Of a stretch of DNA of 64,000 bases, positions 1 through 10,721 are shown one piece after another. Numbering within the stretch: position 1 is the first letter of the stretch; each line of letters begins with the position of its first letter. A model generated the notes under the pieces. It was not told the origin of the DNA. It made no database searches and worked only from the letters and a program-made list of their open reading frames with translations. Both the position numbers and the translations under genes were made by a program. The DNA is taken from IMG/VR virus record IMGVR_UViG_3300021142_000002, positions 1 to 64,000 of that record; one strand, written 5' to 3'.

Positions 1-2235
1 CAAACATTAGCTACTAATATAACAGGTACAAACAATACTGCAATGGGTGTTAGTGCATTGTTTAACAATACTGCAAGTAGTTTAACTGCTATAGGTTATA
101 ATGCGCTTTATTCAAACACAACCGGTACAGCAAATACTAGTGTGGGTAGTAGTTCATTAGTATCTAATACCACTGGATCTAATAATACAGCTTATGGTAA
201 TCAATCTTTACAAAACAATACGACTGGTTCTGTTAATACTGCCATCGGCGTAAATGCATTAATGTCAAATACTACAGGTAATAATAATACTGCTTTAGGT
301 TATTTAGCACTGCAGTATACTAGTACAGGTAGCTATAATACTGCTGTAGGATACCAGAGTGGCGAACTTAATACTACTGCTTCAAATGGTTCTTTCTTTG
401 GCTATAATAGTGGATATTCTAACACAACTGCTGTAGCTACCTTAGGTACAATAGTAGGCGGTAGTTCTTATACTAATGGTACTTACACTAACGTACAGCT
501 TACCTATTCTTCTGGTTCTACAGCCATTACTTACCCTAGAGCTAATATAGTAGTTTCAGGCGGGGCTATAACGTCTGTTACATTATTAACTTATGGTACT
601 GGTTTTAAGGATACCACTACCGTTATGTCCTGTGCTGCTTCCTCTATCGGTGGTACTGGTAGTGGGTTTACAGTGGCAACATCTACTTTGAATGGTGCTG
701 GAAGTAATGTAAATATAGGGTCACAAAGTGGTTATAATACATCTATTGGTTATAATACCACCGCTGTAGGTTATCAAAGTCTGTATTACAATACTACTGG
801 AAACAACTCAGTTGCAGTTGGTTATCAAGCTTTATATAGTAATACGACTGGTAGTGGTAATACAGCGGTAGGGTATTCAGCTTTAAAGAGTGCTACTAGT
901 GTTTCAGCTACATTTAATATAATTGTAGCCGGTACTGGATATTCTAATGGAGCTGCTACATTAACTGCATCTGCTGGTGGTACTCAGCCTACCAGTACAT
1001 GTAGCGTTACTTTAACTACTTCATCAGGTGCTATTACTGCTGTAACTTATGTATCCGGTGGTTTAGGCGTAGATTTAACTACTTCTTTTACTGTAACACA
1101 AGCTGGTGGCAGTAACGGGTTTGTAACAATAGCTACTGTTAATGCCGGTAACTTAAATACAGCTGTTGGTTATAATGCATTGACCAATAGTACAACTGGA
1201 TCCTATAACACTGCCATTGGATTTAATAGTTTAAGTTTTTTAACAACTGGTGTGCAAAACACCGCATTGGGATATCAAAGTTTGTATAGTAGTACGACTG
1301 GTACAAGCAATACAGCAGTGGGATGGAATTCAATGCAAAGTAATACCACTGGTGGTTCTAACACTAGTTTAGGTATGTACAGTTTAAACGCTAATACCAT
1401 AGGTTCTAATAATGTTGCTATTGGATATGGCAGCCTTCAGTATAATACTTTTGGTGGAGCTAATACCTCAGTAGGTATGCAAGCTATGCAGTATACCACA
1501 ACTGGTAGCCCCAATACTGCCGTTGGATACTCATCATTAAGATATAATACTATCGGCTTTAATAATACTGCTATAGGTTATCAGGCTTTAACTAATGCTA
1601 CCAGTCAAGCTGGTACTGTTGGCACAATAGTCGGCGGTTCTAGCTATACTAATGGTACTTACACTAACGTACAGCTTACCTATTCTTCTGGTTCTACAGC
1701 ACTAACCTATCCTACAGCTAATATTACTGTATCTGGAGGTAGCGTAACATCTGTTACTTTAGTGACATATGGTACTGGATTTGTAGATACCACTACCGTT
1801 ATGTCCTGTGCTAATACGAGTATTGGTGGAACAGGTAGTGGGTTTACCGTAGCCATTACAACATTGCAAACTGCTACAGGCAATACAGCTCTAGGGTATC
1901 AGTCAGGTGCGGTAGTGACTACAGGCTCTAACAATACTTATATAGGTACTAATGTTGGTGCATCAGGTGCTGCTGTAACCAATGAAACAGCTATTGGTTA
2001 TAACTTGAATGGCTCAGGCTCTAATACAGTAGCTATTGGTAACTCATCAGTTACTAACAATATTTTTAATGGTACTATTACGACTAATGGTAACAAAATG
2101 AATATTGCTACTGCTAAAACACCTGCAACCTCTTCTGATACAGGTACACAAGGAGATCATTGCTGGGATAGTAACTATCTTTATATCTGTACGGCTACTA
2201 ATACGTGGAAACGTATTGCTTTAACTACTTTCTAA
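1..2235 (+). CDS. Tail fibre/adhesin-like beta-helical repeat protein (5' truncated by window edge)
   Basis: Frame is open from base 1 (QTLATNITGTNNTAMG), so the real start lies upstream. Many ~17-aa NTAxGYxALxxNTTG repeats interrupted by three GxxGxxYTNG...GGTGSGF modules. C-terminal CWDSNYLYICTATNTWKR motif typical of phage fibre ends. Confidence 0.75.
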   Translation, partial: QTLATNITGTNNTAMGVSALFNNTASSLTAIGYNALYSNTTGTANTSVGSSSLVSNTTGSNNTAYGNQSLQNNTTGSVNTAIGVNALMSNTTGNNNTALGYLALQYTSTGSYNTAVGYQSGELNTTASNGSFFGYNSGYSNTTAVATLGTIVGGSSYTNGTYTNVQLTYSSGSTAITYPRANIVVSGGAITSVTLLTYGTGFKDTTTVMSCAASSIGGTGSGFTVATSTLNGAGSNVNIGSQSGYNTSIGYNTTAVGYQSLYYNTTGNNSVAVGYQALYSNTTGSGNTAVGYSALKSATSVSATFNIIVAGTGYSNGAATLTASAGGTQPTSTCSVTLTTSSGAITAVTYVSGGLGVDLTTSFTVTQAGGSNGFVTIATVNAGNLNTAVGYNALTNSTTGSYNTAIGFNSLSFLTTGVQNTALGYQSLYSSTTGTSNTAVGWNSMQSNTTGGSNTSLGMYSLNANTIGSNNVAIGYGSLQYNTFGGANTSVGMQAMQYTTTGSPNTAVGYSSLRYNTIGFNNTAIGYQALTNATSQAGTVGTIVGGSSYTNGTYTNVQLTYSSGSTALTYPTANITVSGGSVTSVTLVTYGTGFVDTTTVMSCANTSIGGTGSGFTVAITTLQTATGNTALGYQSGAVVTTGSNNTYIGTNVGASGAAVTNETAIGYNLNGSGSNTVAIGNSSVTNNIFNGTITTNGNKMNIATAKTPATSSDTGTQGDHCWDSNYLYICTATNTWKRIALTTF
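469..524. repeat. 56-bp exact repeat (copy at 1645-1700) within a fibre insertion module
   Basis: TATACTAATGGTACTTACACTAACGTACAGCTTACCTATTCTTCTGGTTCTACAGC occurs twice. Confidence 0.9.
2161..2208. repeat. 48-bp near-exact repeat (copy at 6930-6977) shared between two fibre genes
   Basis: 46/48 identical, encoding CWDSNYLYICTATNTW. Confidence 0.9.
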
Positions 2236-2249
2236 AACTCTTCATAACT

Positions 2250-2283
2250 GAGATACTAGAGTGGATGTCCACTCTAGTATCTC
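2250..2283. terminator. Intergenic palindrome, 16-bp arms, 2-nt centre
   Basis: GAGATACTAGAGTGGA-tg-TCCACTCTAGTATCTC, flanked by CATA upstream and TATG plus a T-tract downstream. Confidence 0.7.
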
Positions 2284-2299
2284 TATCTATGTTTTATTT

Positions 2300-2324
2300 T
2301 TTACAAAATTCTATGTATGGAACT
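2300..2324 (+). promoter_or_regulatory. Putative late promoter (TATG-containing), identical 25-mer copy 1
   Basis: TTTACAAAATTCTATGTATGGAACT is identical at 7315-7339, each time just upstream of the RBS of a fibre gene. phiKZ late promoters are centred on TATG. Confidence 0.6.
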
Positions 2325-2342
2325 TACTATAGGAAATCCAAT

Positions 2343-5300
2343 ATGTCTGATAATATCGACAATGATCTAATAGCTTTATCGGCTAAAACAGATCGACTGC
2401 TTGCTCTTTTTAATCAACAACACAGTACGTTTGGATCAGCAATTGCCAATTTAAATGCTAATCTAAATAGTCTGCAATTACCTGTTATACAATCTATTGA
2501 AGCTACATTAACTAACTCTATTAATACCAGAGAAGTATTAGCTAACAAAACCGATACCATTGCTAACAATGGCAATGGCACTAATTATCCATCAACAGCG
2601 GGTGTAATTAACTATGTTACATCACAGCTAGCTAGTTATGTAACTTCTAGTTCTTTAACAACTACATTATCTAGTTATGCGTCTTCTAGTGCTATTGGTA
2701 ATTTAGCTAATCTACCTAACAGTACCACTAATTTAGTAGCAGCTATTCAATATGTTAATAGCATCATTGGTAGTGGAGGCGGTAGCTTAGGTTATACTGC
2801 AGAAAATATTGCTCATAAAAATGCTAGTGATGGATATGCCGGATTAACCGGTTATAATTTAAACTTAGTTAATACAGCTAATACTTTTACCAATCAATTA
2901 ACTAATAATGCCACTGCAGCTAGAACGTTTACACTCCAGGATAAATCATACACATTAGCTGGTCTTGATGACTTAGCCAATTATCTACCACTATCTGGTG
3001 GTACTATTTCTTCTACATGGAATAGTGGGTCGACTACCTTTACTGGATTAACACTTAACTTTACAGATACTGCTAGTCAGGGTAATAGCTTAATACAAGA
3101 TTGGAGACTTAATAACTCCAGTAAAGTATCTATTAAAAAGACAGGTGATATGTTGATTAATGGCATTACTATTGGGTTAGGTAATAACCAATTATCTGGC
3201 TGCACTGCCATAGGTTATCAAAGTCTGAATTCAAATACAGGTGGTACTAATAACACAGCTATTGGCTATTCAGCTTTATCAGGCATTACCACAGGTGTGG
3301 GTAACTTAGGCGTTGGATACACAGCAGGAGCTGGTATTACCACGGGTAACTATAATGTTGTTATCGGCACTTATAATGCTACTTTAGCAGCTAGTAATAC
3401 TGTATTAATTGCTGATGGTAATAATAATGAAAAACTAAGAGTTAAAGCATCTGGGGATCTTTTATTCAATGGTATTACATTAGGTCTAGGGTTAGGTAGT
3501 GTAGCTAGTAACTTAGCTTATGGTGCCAATGCTTTAGCAGGTTATACTACAGCTACTTATAACATTGCATTTGGCAACAATGCTTTAAATGCTAATACTA
3601 CAGGTGCTGGAAACTTAGCAATCGGCTATAATAGTTTAGCGGTTAATACAACCACTAACTATAACTTAGGTATTGGTGGTTATACATTAACTTCTAACAC
3701 TAATGGTACTTATAACTTAGGGATTGGTTATAATGCCTTATATACCAATAATACAGGTAACTACAATATAGCCTTAGGTTATAATAGCCTTTATGCGAAT
3801 ACTGCGGGCTCTAGTAATATTCATTTAGGTTATTTATCAGGCGCTGCTAATTTAACGGGTAACTACAATATAGCTATTGGATATAATAGCTTAAATGCTA
3901 ATACTGCCAATAGTGGATTAGTAGCTATTGGGCATAATGCTTTAGCAGTTAGTACAACCAGTGCAGTAGCTAATACTGCTATTGGTTATCAGTCTATGCA
4001 AGCTATTACTTCAGGCTATAACAATACGGCAGTAGGTTATAATACACTAAAAACAAGTACTTCTGGCTATAATAATTCAGGCTTTGGTTATCAGGCTTTA
4101 ACACTTTTAACTACTGGTACTAATAATGCTGCTTTTGGTTATAATAGTTTATCTACCGTAACATCAGGCTCTAATAACTCAGCCTTTGGTTATAACTCAC
4201 TGGCTAAAGTCACTACCGCAGGTGGTAACACAGCGTGTGGGAATAGTGCACTGTATACTCTATCTGGCGGGTCTCAAAATAATGCCTTCGGTATGAATGC
4301 ATTAAACTTAGCTACATCAGGTGCTTATAACTGTGCATTTGGTTATAATAGTTTTCCTGCATTAACCACTGCTCAGTATAATACGGGTTATGGTAATAAT
4401 ACAGGTTTATTAGTAACTAGTGGCAATAACAATACGTTTATTGGTTATAATAGTGGATCGACCGTAACCACAGGTACTAACAACATTATTGTGGGTTATA
4501 ACTCAAATACATTAGCTGCTACCGATACCAATGAAATTATTATTGGTGTAGGATTAACTGGAGCAGGTTCTAATACAGTGACTATTGGTGGTAGTGCAAT
4601 TACGGCTACTTACCTTTATGGTTTAATTTATCCAACCAGTTATACTACATTAGCTGCACCAGCTTATGCACTGGGCTCATTATATTTTGATAGCACCTTA
4701 AATAAACTAGTATTAGGCGGTGCCACTGCTAAAGAAACAATAGCTACATATGCTGATTTAAGCAATTATGTAACCTCTAGTTCTTTAACGACCACTCTAG
4801 GTGGTTATACCACTACAGCAGCCACCGCCGCCATTAGTAATAGAGTAGCTGTATTTGAATCAAGTGGTGCATCAGCAGTTGGCGCATTATCTAGTTTAAA
4901 TAGTGCAGTCACAGGCACCTCAATAGTAGCGGCTATTAATAACTTAAATGCAATCGTTGGATCATTAGGTAGTTTAGCGACTTCCGCAACCTCTATTGTA
5001 GCTGCTATTAATAGTGTAGCTGTTGGTGGTGGTGGTACAGTAAACTTATCTAACTATGCGCTACAGGCTGATTTAACAACTGAGGTTTCTAATCGTTCTA
5101 GTGCAATATCGGCAGTTAATACTACTATTGGGTCTTTAGGTGCTTTAACAGCAGGCATTACTAATACCTCTATTGTTAATGCTATCAATAGTAACTATTC
5201 AGCCATAAATAGTAATGCTTCGGCTATTAGTGCGGAATCTAGTACTAGAACATCTGCTATTAATTCAGTTAATACAACTATTGGTGCATTAACTAGTTTA

Positions 5301-7262
5301 AATACATCAGCAACCTCTTCCATTGTATCAGCTATTAATAGTTTAGTATCGGCAGGTGCTGGTGGTAGTTATTTACCGCTATCTGGCGGTACATTAACTG
5401 GTAATCTACTGTTTAATGAAACCACTGCCTTAATAGATGTTACTACAGCTACCGATACGGTTAGTTTATTTCCAACGGCTACAGGTACATTAGGTTTAGG
5501 TGTTGCAGCAACCACTATTAACATGGGTGTATCAGGTGGTACATTAAATCTAAATAGTACTAACTTAACGATGGCGAATGGATCAGCTATTAATTTAAAT
5601 GGTACAACACCTAGTATTAATACAAATCAAACCAGTATTTCATTATTCCCCAATGTTGCAACATACACTATTGCTGGTGCTAATTTAACCACATTAACGG
5701 CTGGAACAAATACGACCGCTGCATTAACCGCTACCTTTGGCGGTGCAATTACTGGTAATACTTTTAATTTTAATGGCACTGCTGCGGGTACTGTAACTCT
5801 AGCATCACCTACCACTACGGGTATATTAAACTTATTTACTGGTTTAACCAGTGGTACTGTAAATCTATTCACTAGCATGATTGCCAGCAGTGTTATAAAC
5901 TTAGGCGCATCAGCCTCTACTATTAATACAGGTGGTACTATTTCTACTACTGCCACTACAGGTAGTTTATTTAATAGTGCTGTGACCACTCTAAACATTG
6001 GTAGTGCAGCCACTACTATTAAAATAGGTAATGCGACCAGTACAACTACTTTAACAGCTTTTGGTTATAATAGTTTAACTGGAAATACTGGTACTAACTG
6101 TACGGCATTTGGTGTAGGTACATTAAACGTTAATACAGCAACTGGCGCTACAGCCTTTGGTTATAATGCATTAAATGTTAATACGAGTGGTGTTAATACT
6201 GCATTTGGTTATAGCGCATTAGCTTTAGCAACCACTGCTGCTGCCAGTGTTGCCGTAGGCTATAATAGTTTAACTAAGTCAACCACAGGTAGTAATAATA
6301 CTGCTGTAGGGTATAGTACATTAACTACAATGACTACTGCAAGTTCAAACACAGCGGTGGGTTTTAGTGCTTTAAACTTAACAACGGGTTCCAACAATAC
6401 AGCAGTTGGTGCCAGTGCACTGCAGAAAACTGCTGGCGGTGGATCAAACACTGCTGTGGGTTCTAGTACTTTATTTAACAATACTTCAGGTAACTATAAC
6501 TGCGGCTTTGGCACAAATACATTAAATGCTAGTACCACTGCTGCTAATAATGCGGGGTTTGGTTATCAATCAATGTATGTATCTACCACTGCGTATAATA
6601 ACGTAGCGGTAGGATATGAAACATTATTTGCTTTAACGACTGGTTATGCAAACGTAGCTATTGGTTATAATACTGGTTTAGTCTTAACAACGGGTAATAA
6701 CAATATTTATATTGGCGCTAGTAACTCAGCCTCTGCTATTGGTGCAGTCAATGAAATAGTCATTGGTACGAGTTTAACTGGAGCAGGTTCTAATACAGTG
6801 ACTATTGGTGGCTCTGGTATTACTGCTAATTACTTTACAGGCACTTTAAATATTGCTGGTAATCAGTTAAGTATTAGTACCACTCAGACACCTGCTAGTT
6901 TATCTGCTACTGGTACCGCAGGTACTTTCTGTTGGGATAGTAACTATCTTTATATCTGTACCGCTACTAATACGTGGGTTAAAAATGATATTAATGCAAT
7001 GGCTTATGCTAGTGTTGCAGTTAATACCACTTTAACTGTTGCTAATGGACATGTAGAAGTAACAGCATCAGGTGTTACCATTACGCTACCTACAGCAGTC
7101 AATAATACAGGTAAGAAGTTTACCATTGACAATAGTAGTTCTGGAAATATTACTGTTAATACGACTTCTAGCCAAACTATCAATGGTAGTACGACTAATA
7201 CAGTAGCTACAAATACTGCTATTAGAGTCATTAGCAATGGCAGTAACTGGCGTTTAATATAA
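2343..7262 (+). CDS. Long tail fibre/adhesin-like repeat protein
   Basis: Likely start is ATG 2343 after AGGA, because the track start at 2205 runs through the hairpin. N-terminal domain is shared with the next gene. Contains 17-aa NxAxGYxAL repeats, SIVxAIN coiled segments, YLPLSGG motifs and a CWDSNYLYICTATNTW motif. Confidence 0.8.
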   Translation: MSDNIDNDLIALSAKTDRLLALFNQQHSTFGSAIANLNANLNSLQLPVIQSIEATLTNSINTREVLANKTDTIANNGNGTNYPSTAGVINYVTSQLASYVTSSSLTTTLSSYASSSAIGNLANLPNSTTNLVAAIQYVNSIIGSGGGSLGYTAENIAHKNASDGYAGLTGYNLNLVNTANTFTNQLTNNATAARTFTLQDKSYTLAGLDDLANYLPLSGGTISSTWNSGSTTFTGLTLNFTDTASQGNSLIQDWRLNNSSKVSIKKTGDMLINGITIGLGNNQLSGCTAIGYQSLNSNTGGTNNTAIGYSALSGITTGVGNLGVGYTAGAGITTGNYNVVIGTYNATLAASNTVLIADGNNNEKLRVKASGDLLFNGITLGLGLGSVASNLAYGANALAGYTTATYNIAFGNNALNANTTGAGNLAIGYNSLAVNTTTNYNLGIGGYTLTSNTNGTYNLGIGYNALYTNNTGNYNIALGYNSLYANTAGSSNIHLGYLSGAANLTGNYNIAIGYNSLNANTANSGLVAIGHNALAVSTTSAVANTAIGYQSMQAITSGYNNTAVGYNTLKTSTSGYNNSGFGYQALTLLTTGTNNAAFGYNSLSTVTSGSNNSAFGYNSLAKVTTAGGNTACGNSALYTLSGGSQNNAFGMNALNLATSGAYNCAFGYNSFPALTTAQYNTGYGNNTGLLVTSGNNNTFIGYNSGSTVTTGTNNIIVGYNSNTLAATDTNEIIIGVGLTGAGSNTVTIGGSAITATYLYGLIYPTSYTTLAAPAYALGSLYFDSTLNKLVLGGATAKETIATYADLSNYVTSSSLTTTLGGYTTTAATAAISNRVAVFESSGASAVGALSSLNSAVTGTSIVAAINNLNAIVGSLGSLATSATSIVAAINSVAVGGGGTVNLSNYALQADLTTEVSNRSSAISAVNTTIGSLGALTAGITNTSIVNAINSNYSAINSNASAISAESSTRTSAINSVNTTIGALTSLNTSATSSIVSAINSLVSAGAGGSYLPLSGGTLTGNLLFNETTALIDVTTATDTVSLFPTATGTLGLGVAATTINMGVSGGTLNLNSTNLTMANGSAINLNGTTPSINTNQTSISLFPNVATYTIAGANLTTLTAGTNTTAALTATFGGAITGNTFNFNGTAAGTVTLASPTTTGILNLFTGLTSGTVNLFTSMIASSVINLGASASTINTGGTISTTATTGSLFNSAVTTLNIGSAATTIKIGNATSTTTLTAFGYNSLTGNTGTNCTAFGVGTLNVNTATGATAFGYNALNVNTSGVNTAFGYSALALATTAAASVAVGYNSLTKSTTGSNNTAVGYSTLTTMTTASSNTAVGFSALNLTTGSNNTAVGASALQKTAGGGSNTAVGSSTLFNNTSGNYNCGFGTNTLNASTTAANNAGFGYQSMYVSTTAYNNVAVGYETLFALTTGYANVAIGYNTGLVLTTGNNNIYIGASNSASAIGAVNEIVIGTSLTGAGSNTVTIGGSGITANYFTGTLNIAGNQLSISTTQTPASLSATGTAGTFCWDSNYLYICTATNTWVKNDINAMAYASVAVNTTLTVANGHVEVTASGVTITLPTAVNNTGKKFTIDNSSSGNITVNTTSSQTINGSTTNTVATNTAIRVISNGSNWRLI

Positions 7263-7276
7263 AAGCTTTATAAATA

Positions 7277-7308
7277 GAGCATAGAGAGGATTAATCCTCT
7301 CTATGCTC
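7277..7308. terminator. Perfect loop-less 32-bp palindrome
   Basis: GAGCATAGAGAGGATT|AATCCTCTCTATGCTC. Confidence 0.75.
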
Positions 7309-7314
7309 ATTATG

Positions 7315-7339
7315 TTTACAAAATTCTATGTATGGAACT
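7315..7339 (+). promoter_or_regulatory. Putative late promoter, identical 25-mer copy 2
   Basis: Exact copy of 2300-2324, followed by an AAGGA RBS and ATG 7359. Confidence 0.6.
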
Positions 7340-7358
7340 CTTATAAGGAACTCTAATC

Positions 7359-10208
7359 ATGAGTACAACCGATATACTCTATCAGAAATTTGAAGACCTA
7401 TTAAATCTATTTAATGTACAAAATACTACATTTAATAGTACGATTGCTGGTTTGCAAACAACCATTAATTCAATACAAGTACCCAATATTCAATCTTTAC
7501 AAAATGCTATTACTACTAAAGAGAGTCTATCTAATAAGGTAGATGCTATTTTATCTAATGTTAATAGCAATGATTATCCATCCACTCTAGGCTTGGTAAA
7601 CTATGTTAGTAGTCTAACAGGTAATTTAAATAATTTACCTAATGGCACATCAACTATTGTTTCAGCTATTAGTTACATTAATTCTCAATTAACTAGTGTA
7701 TTAGCAGCCTATAATGTTTCTACGTCAATGGTTACCTCCATTGATAACATTAACACTACTTTAAATACCTACTTTGCTAATGGTGGTGGAAGCAACGTAA
7801 ACACGAGTAATTTAGTCTCTAATACATCTTTAGCAACTACATTAGCAGGTTATGTAACTTCTAGTGGGTTAACTTCTACACTTTCTAGTTATGCATTAGC
7901 TTCTTCGTTATCTAGTGAGATTACTAACCGCAGCTCTGCGATTACTACATTAAGTAATAGACTAGCTGTGTTTGAATCTGGCAGCAGCGCAATAGGTTCT
8001 TTATCTACATTGACTAATAGCGCATCCAGTATTGTTGCTGCAATAAATAGCATTACTGCTAGTTCAGCCAATTATGTTACCTCTAGTAGCTTATCAACAA
8101 CTTTAGCTAATTATGCTAGCACTAGTTCTTTAGGTAGCTTAGCTTCTGCCTCCACACTGTCTGCAGAAACGGCTAGTCGAACGAATGCGGATACAGCTCT
8201 CAGTAATAGGATTGCTATTTTTGAAACAAGTGGAAATAGTGCTATTGGTTTATTAAGTAATCTAACTGTCAGTGCAACGAGTATTATTTCAGCTATTAAT
8301 TCAGTTAACACTTCTTTAACTTCTGTTAATACAAAGATTGGTACAATGGCTAATTTGCCAGGCGCTACAACCGATTTAGTGAGTGCAATTAACTATGTAT
8401 CCTCTCATGCTTCTGCTAATTTAACCTTTACTAATGGACTAATAAATACCAGTGGTACCGTTACACCTACGTATGGTACAACGGCTGGTACTTTTTGTCA
8501 AGGGAATGATTCTAGATTAAACTATATGAACAGTAGAGTCTTTGTAACCAGTACTCAGCCTAGCACGCCTGTCTTTGGTGATGTATGGATTAATCCAACT
8601 GATCCGAGTACTTTAGTGACTGGACCTGCTGGACCCTCTACTCAAGTATATATTACAGGGGGTTATACTACCTTTACTTATAACCCAAATAATGGTACTA
8701 AATATCCAAGCTCTGTAGCTCCTTATACCTTTGTATTTACAAAAAATGGGGTAGCGGTAAGTTCTTCACTTTATTCAATAGCTTGGGCATTGTCAGATCC
8801 TACGAATAGTTTATTTACAGTGAGTGGATCAACTACAGGCACTAGCTTTGCACCTACTTTAAATAGTACTTTTGATGCGACTAAATGTAATAATGCTATT
8901 ACACTAACTATTACAATGAATGATGGTTCTGGTACTTATGTGGTCACTCAGCCTATTTCCATTACTCAATTAGGAACTAATGGTGCAAATGGCACTAATG
9001 GATCAATAGGTAGTAATGGTGCAGCAGGTCCTACTACTCAGTTATTTATTACTAGTAACACGACTAGCTTTTTATATAATGCAGCAGGCACTAGCTTTGC
9101 ACCTGCCATACAAGCATTTAGTTTTACCTTTACGCAAAATGGAGCTACTGTTAATTCTAGCAATTATACAATAGCTTGGAGTATTCCTAATAGTGCTAAT
9201 AGTTTATTATCGGGTACAAGCACTGCCGCTACGTTTACACCTACATTAGCCAGTAACTTTAACTCAGCTTTAGCAAGTAATGCAGTTAAGCTAGTTATTA
9301 CCATGTCAGATAGTATTACCATTTATCAAGCTATACAACCAATCTCTATTACTCAGGTAGGTGCTACCGGTGCTACAGGACCAGCAGGTGCTTCAGGTGG
9401 TTTTACTAGAACATCCACCACTTTAATGTGTGATTTCATTAGTTCGGTAAATACTACTTTTGCACCCTTTTCTTTGATTAATCAATACGGCAATTACTGG
9501 CAAGGAGCTAGTACAGCTTATATAGACCCTAATCATCCTGGTGTAGTGACTTTAAACTCTGGAACGAGTGGTAATGGAAATGGTATTTGGGCAGATAAGG
9601 AAATAATGATATTTCCTACAGCTAATACCACTAACCCAACAGTTTATACCTATGAAAATCAAGTGATGTTCCCAACTCTACCATCATCTAATGAGATATT
9701 TATTTTTGGTATTTATGATGGTAATACCAGTGGATCTTCTACTAATGGTATTTACTTTAAAAATACAGGCGCTGTATTTACCGGTTATTGTAATCACTCT
9801 GGTAGTCCTTATTTGCCAAACTATAATACAAATGTTCACACATCTACTACTTTTACAGTATCAGCTAATGTCTGGTATACATTCCAGATAGTAATAACGA
9901 CTACTTATCCTAGCGGTGGTGACATGGATATTAGCATTGCCTATAACATTTTAAACAGTAGTGATACTGTAGTATTTACTAATACATTAACACTAGTAGG
10001 TGTGCAAAGTGCTAATGGTGGGGGTAGTACAGTTGCTGCCATTAGAACAGCTAATGGAACAACAGCTGCTGCTTTAGCTCAGTATATACCCAGCACTAAT
10101 GCGATGCCAATGAGAGTTTATTTATCAGCTTACAGTACTTCAACTACCAGCATTGATTACATTGCTTTAGATTATTTATTATATTCAGTTACTAACTTAG
10201 TGAGATAA
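7359..10208 (+). CDS. Tail fibre protein with collagen-like triplets and a duplicated beta-sandwich-like domain
   Basis: N-terminus is homologous to that of the 2343 gene (LLxLFNxQxxTF...YPSTxGxxNYV). GxxGxx runs (GTNGANGTNGSIGSNGAAGP). Two ~115-aa internal repeats, each ending QPISITQxG. Confidence 0.75.
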   Translation: MSTTDILYQKFEDLLNLFNVQNTTFNSTIAGLQTTINSIQVPNIQSLQNAITTKESLSNKVDAILSNVNSNDYPSTLGLVNYVSSLTGNLNNLPNGTSTIVSAISYINSQLTSVLAAYNVSTSMVTSIDNINTTLNTYFANGGGSNVNTSNLVSNTSLATTLAGYVTSSGLTSTLSSYALASSLSSEITNRSSAITTLSNRLAVFESGSSAIGSLSTLTNSASSIVAAINSITASSANYVTSSSLSTTLANYASTSSLGSLASASTLSAETASRTNADTALSNRIAIFETSGNSAIGLLSNLTVSATSIISAINSVNTSLTSVNTKIGTMANLPGATTDLVSAINYVSSHASANLTFTNGLINTSGTVTPTYGTTAGTFCQGNDSRLNYMNSRVFVTSTQPSTPVFGDVWINPTDPSTLVTGPAGPSTQVYITGGYTTFTYNPNNGTKYPSSVAPYTFVFTKNGVAVSSSLYSIAWALSDPTNSLFTVSGSTTGTSFAPTLNSTFDATKCNNAITLTITMNDGSGTYVVTQPISITQLGTNGANGTNGSIGSNGAAGPTTQLFITSNTTSFLYNAAGTSFAPAIQAFSFTFTQNGATVNSSNYTIAWSIPNSANSLLSGTSTAATFTPTLASNFNSALASNAVKLVITMSDSITIYQAIQPISITQVGATGATGPAGASGGFTRTSTTLMCDFISSVNTTFAPFSLINQYGNYWQGASTAYIDPNHPGVVTLNSGTSGNGNGIWADKEIMIFPTANTTNPTVYTYENQVMFPTLPSSNEIFIFGIYDGNTSGSSTNGIYFKNTGAVFTGYCNHSGSPYLPNYNTNVHTSTTFTVSANVWYTFQIVITTTYPSGGDMDISIAYNILNSSDTVVFTNTLTLVGVQSANGGGSTVAAIRTANGTTAAALAQYIPSTNAMPMRVYLSAYSTSTTSIDYIALDYLLYSVTNLVR

Positions 10209-10213
10209 ACATT

Positions 10214-10696
10214 ATGAATTCAAAATATGATTCTGCTAGAATTGCCTTTGGTACTAAACAAATAGATTGGTTAAATGATAATATTAAATGCGCTGCACTA
10301 TCACCTAGCTATCCAGGCGGTACTATTGCTCTAACTACTCATTCTACCTTTAATGATATTGCTAGTTATGTATTAACGGGCAGTCAGCCTATTATCACAC
10401 TCACTAATAAAGTAACCAGTGTTGGATCATTAGCCGGTGCTTTTTCGTCAGGTCAATTTAACTTTGTAGCGTTATCTGGAAACCAAACCATTGGATTTTT
10501 AGCTATCTTTAAAGATTATAACTTAGCTAATATTAATGGTGCACCACTACAAGGCTCTTATGGCTCTCAAATATTAGCTAACCAAGCTTGCCCATTAATC
10601 GCTTTAATGGATTCAGGGGAAGGTATTGGTGCAGGCACTAATGGGTTTGACATACAGGTAATATGGGATACCACAAAGGGTATTTTTAGATTATAA
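10214..10696 (+). CDS. Phage tail-associated structural protein
   Basis: YDxxRxxFxxxxIDWLNDxIK...PLIAxxD...TNGxDIxVxWD...IFRL pattern, recalled from small phage minor tail proteins. Confidence 0.55.
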   Translation: MNSKYDSARIAFGTKQIDWLNDNIKCAALSPSYPGGTIALTTHSTFNDIASYVLTGSQPIITLTNKVTSVGSLAGAFSSGQFNFVALSGNQTIGFLAIFKDYNLANINGAPLQGSYGSQILANQACPLIALMDSGEGIGAGTNGFDIQVIWDTTKGIFRL

Positions 10697-10721
10697 TTAA
10701 TTTTATTTTTTGGTAGGATTT

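Noticed and set aside
2205-2342. Extended N-terminus of the second fibre gene given by the ORF track
   Set aside because: Runs through the previous stop, a hairpin and the promoter 25-mer. ATG 2343 has an RBS and aligns with the paralog start.
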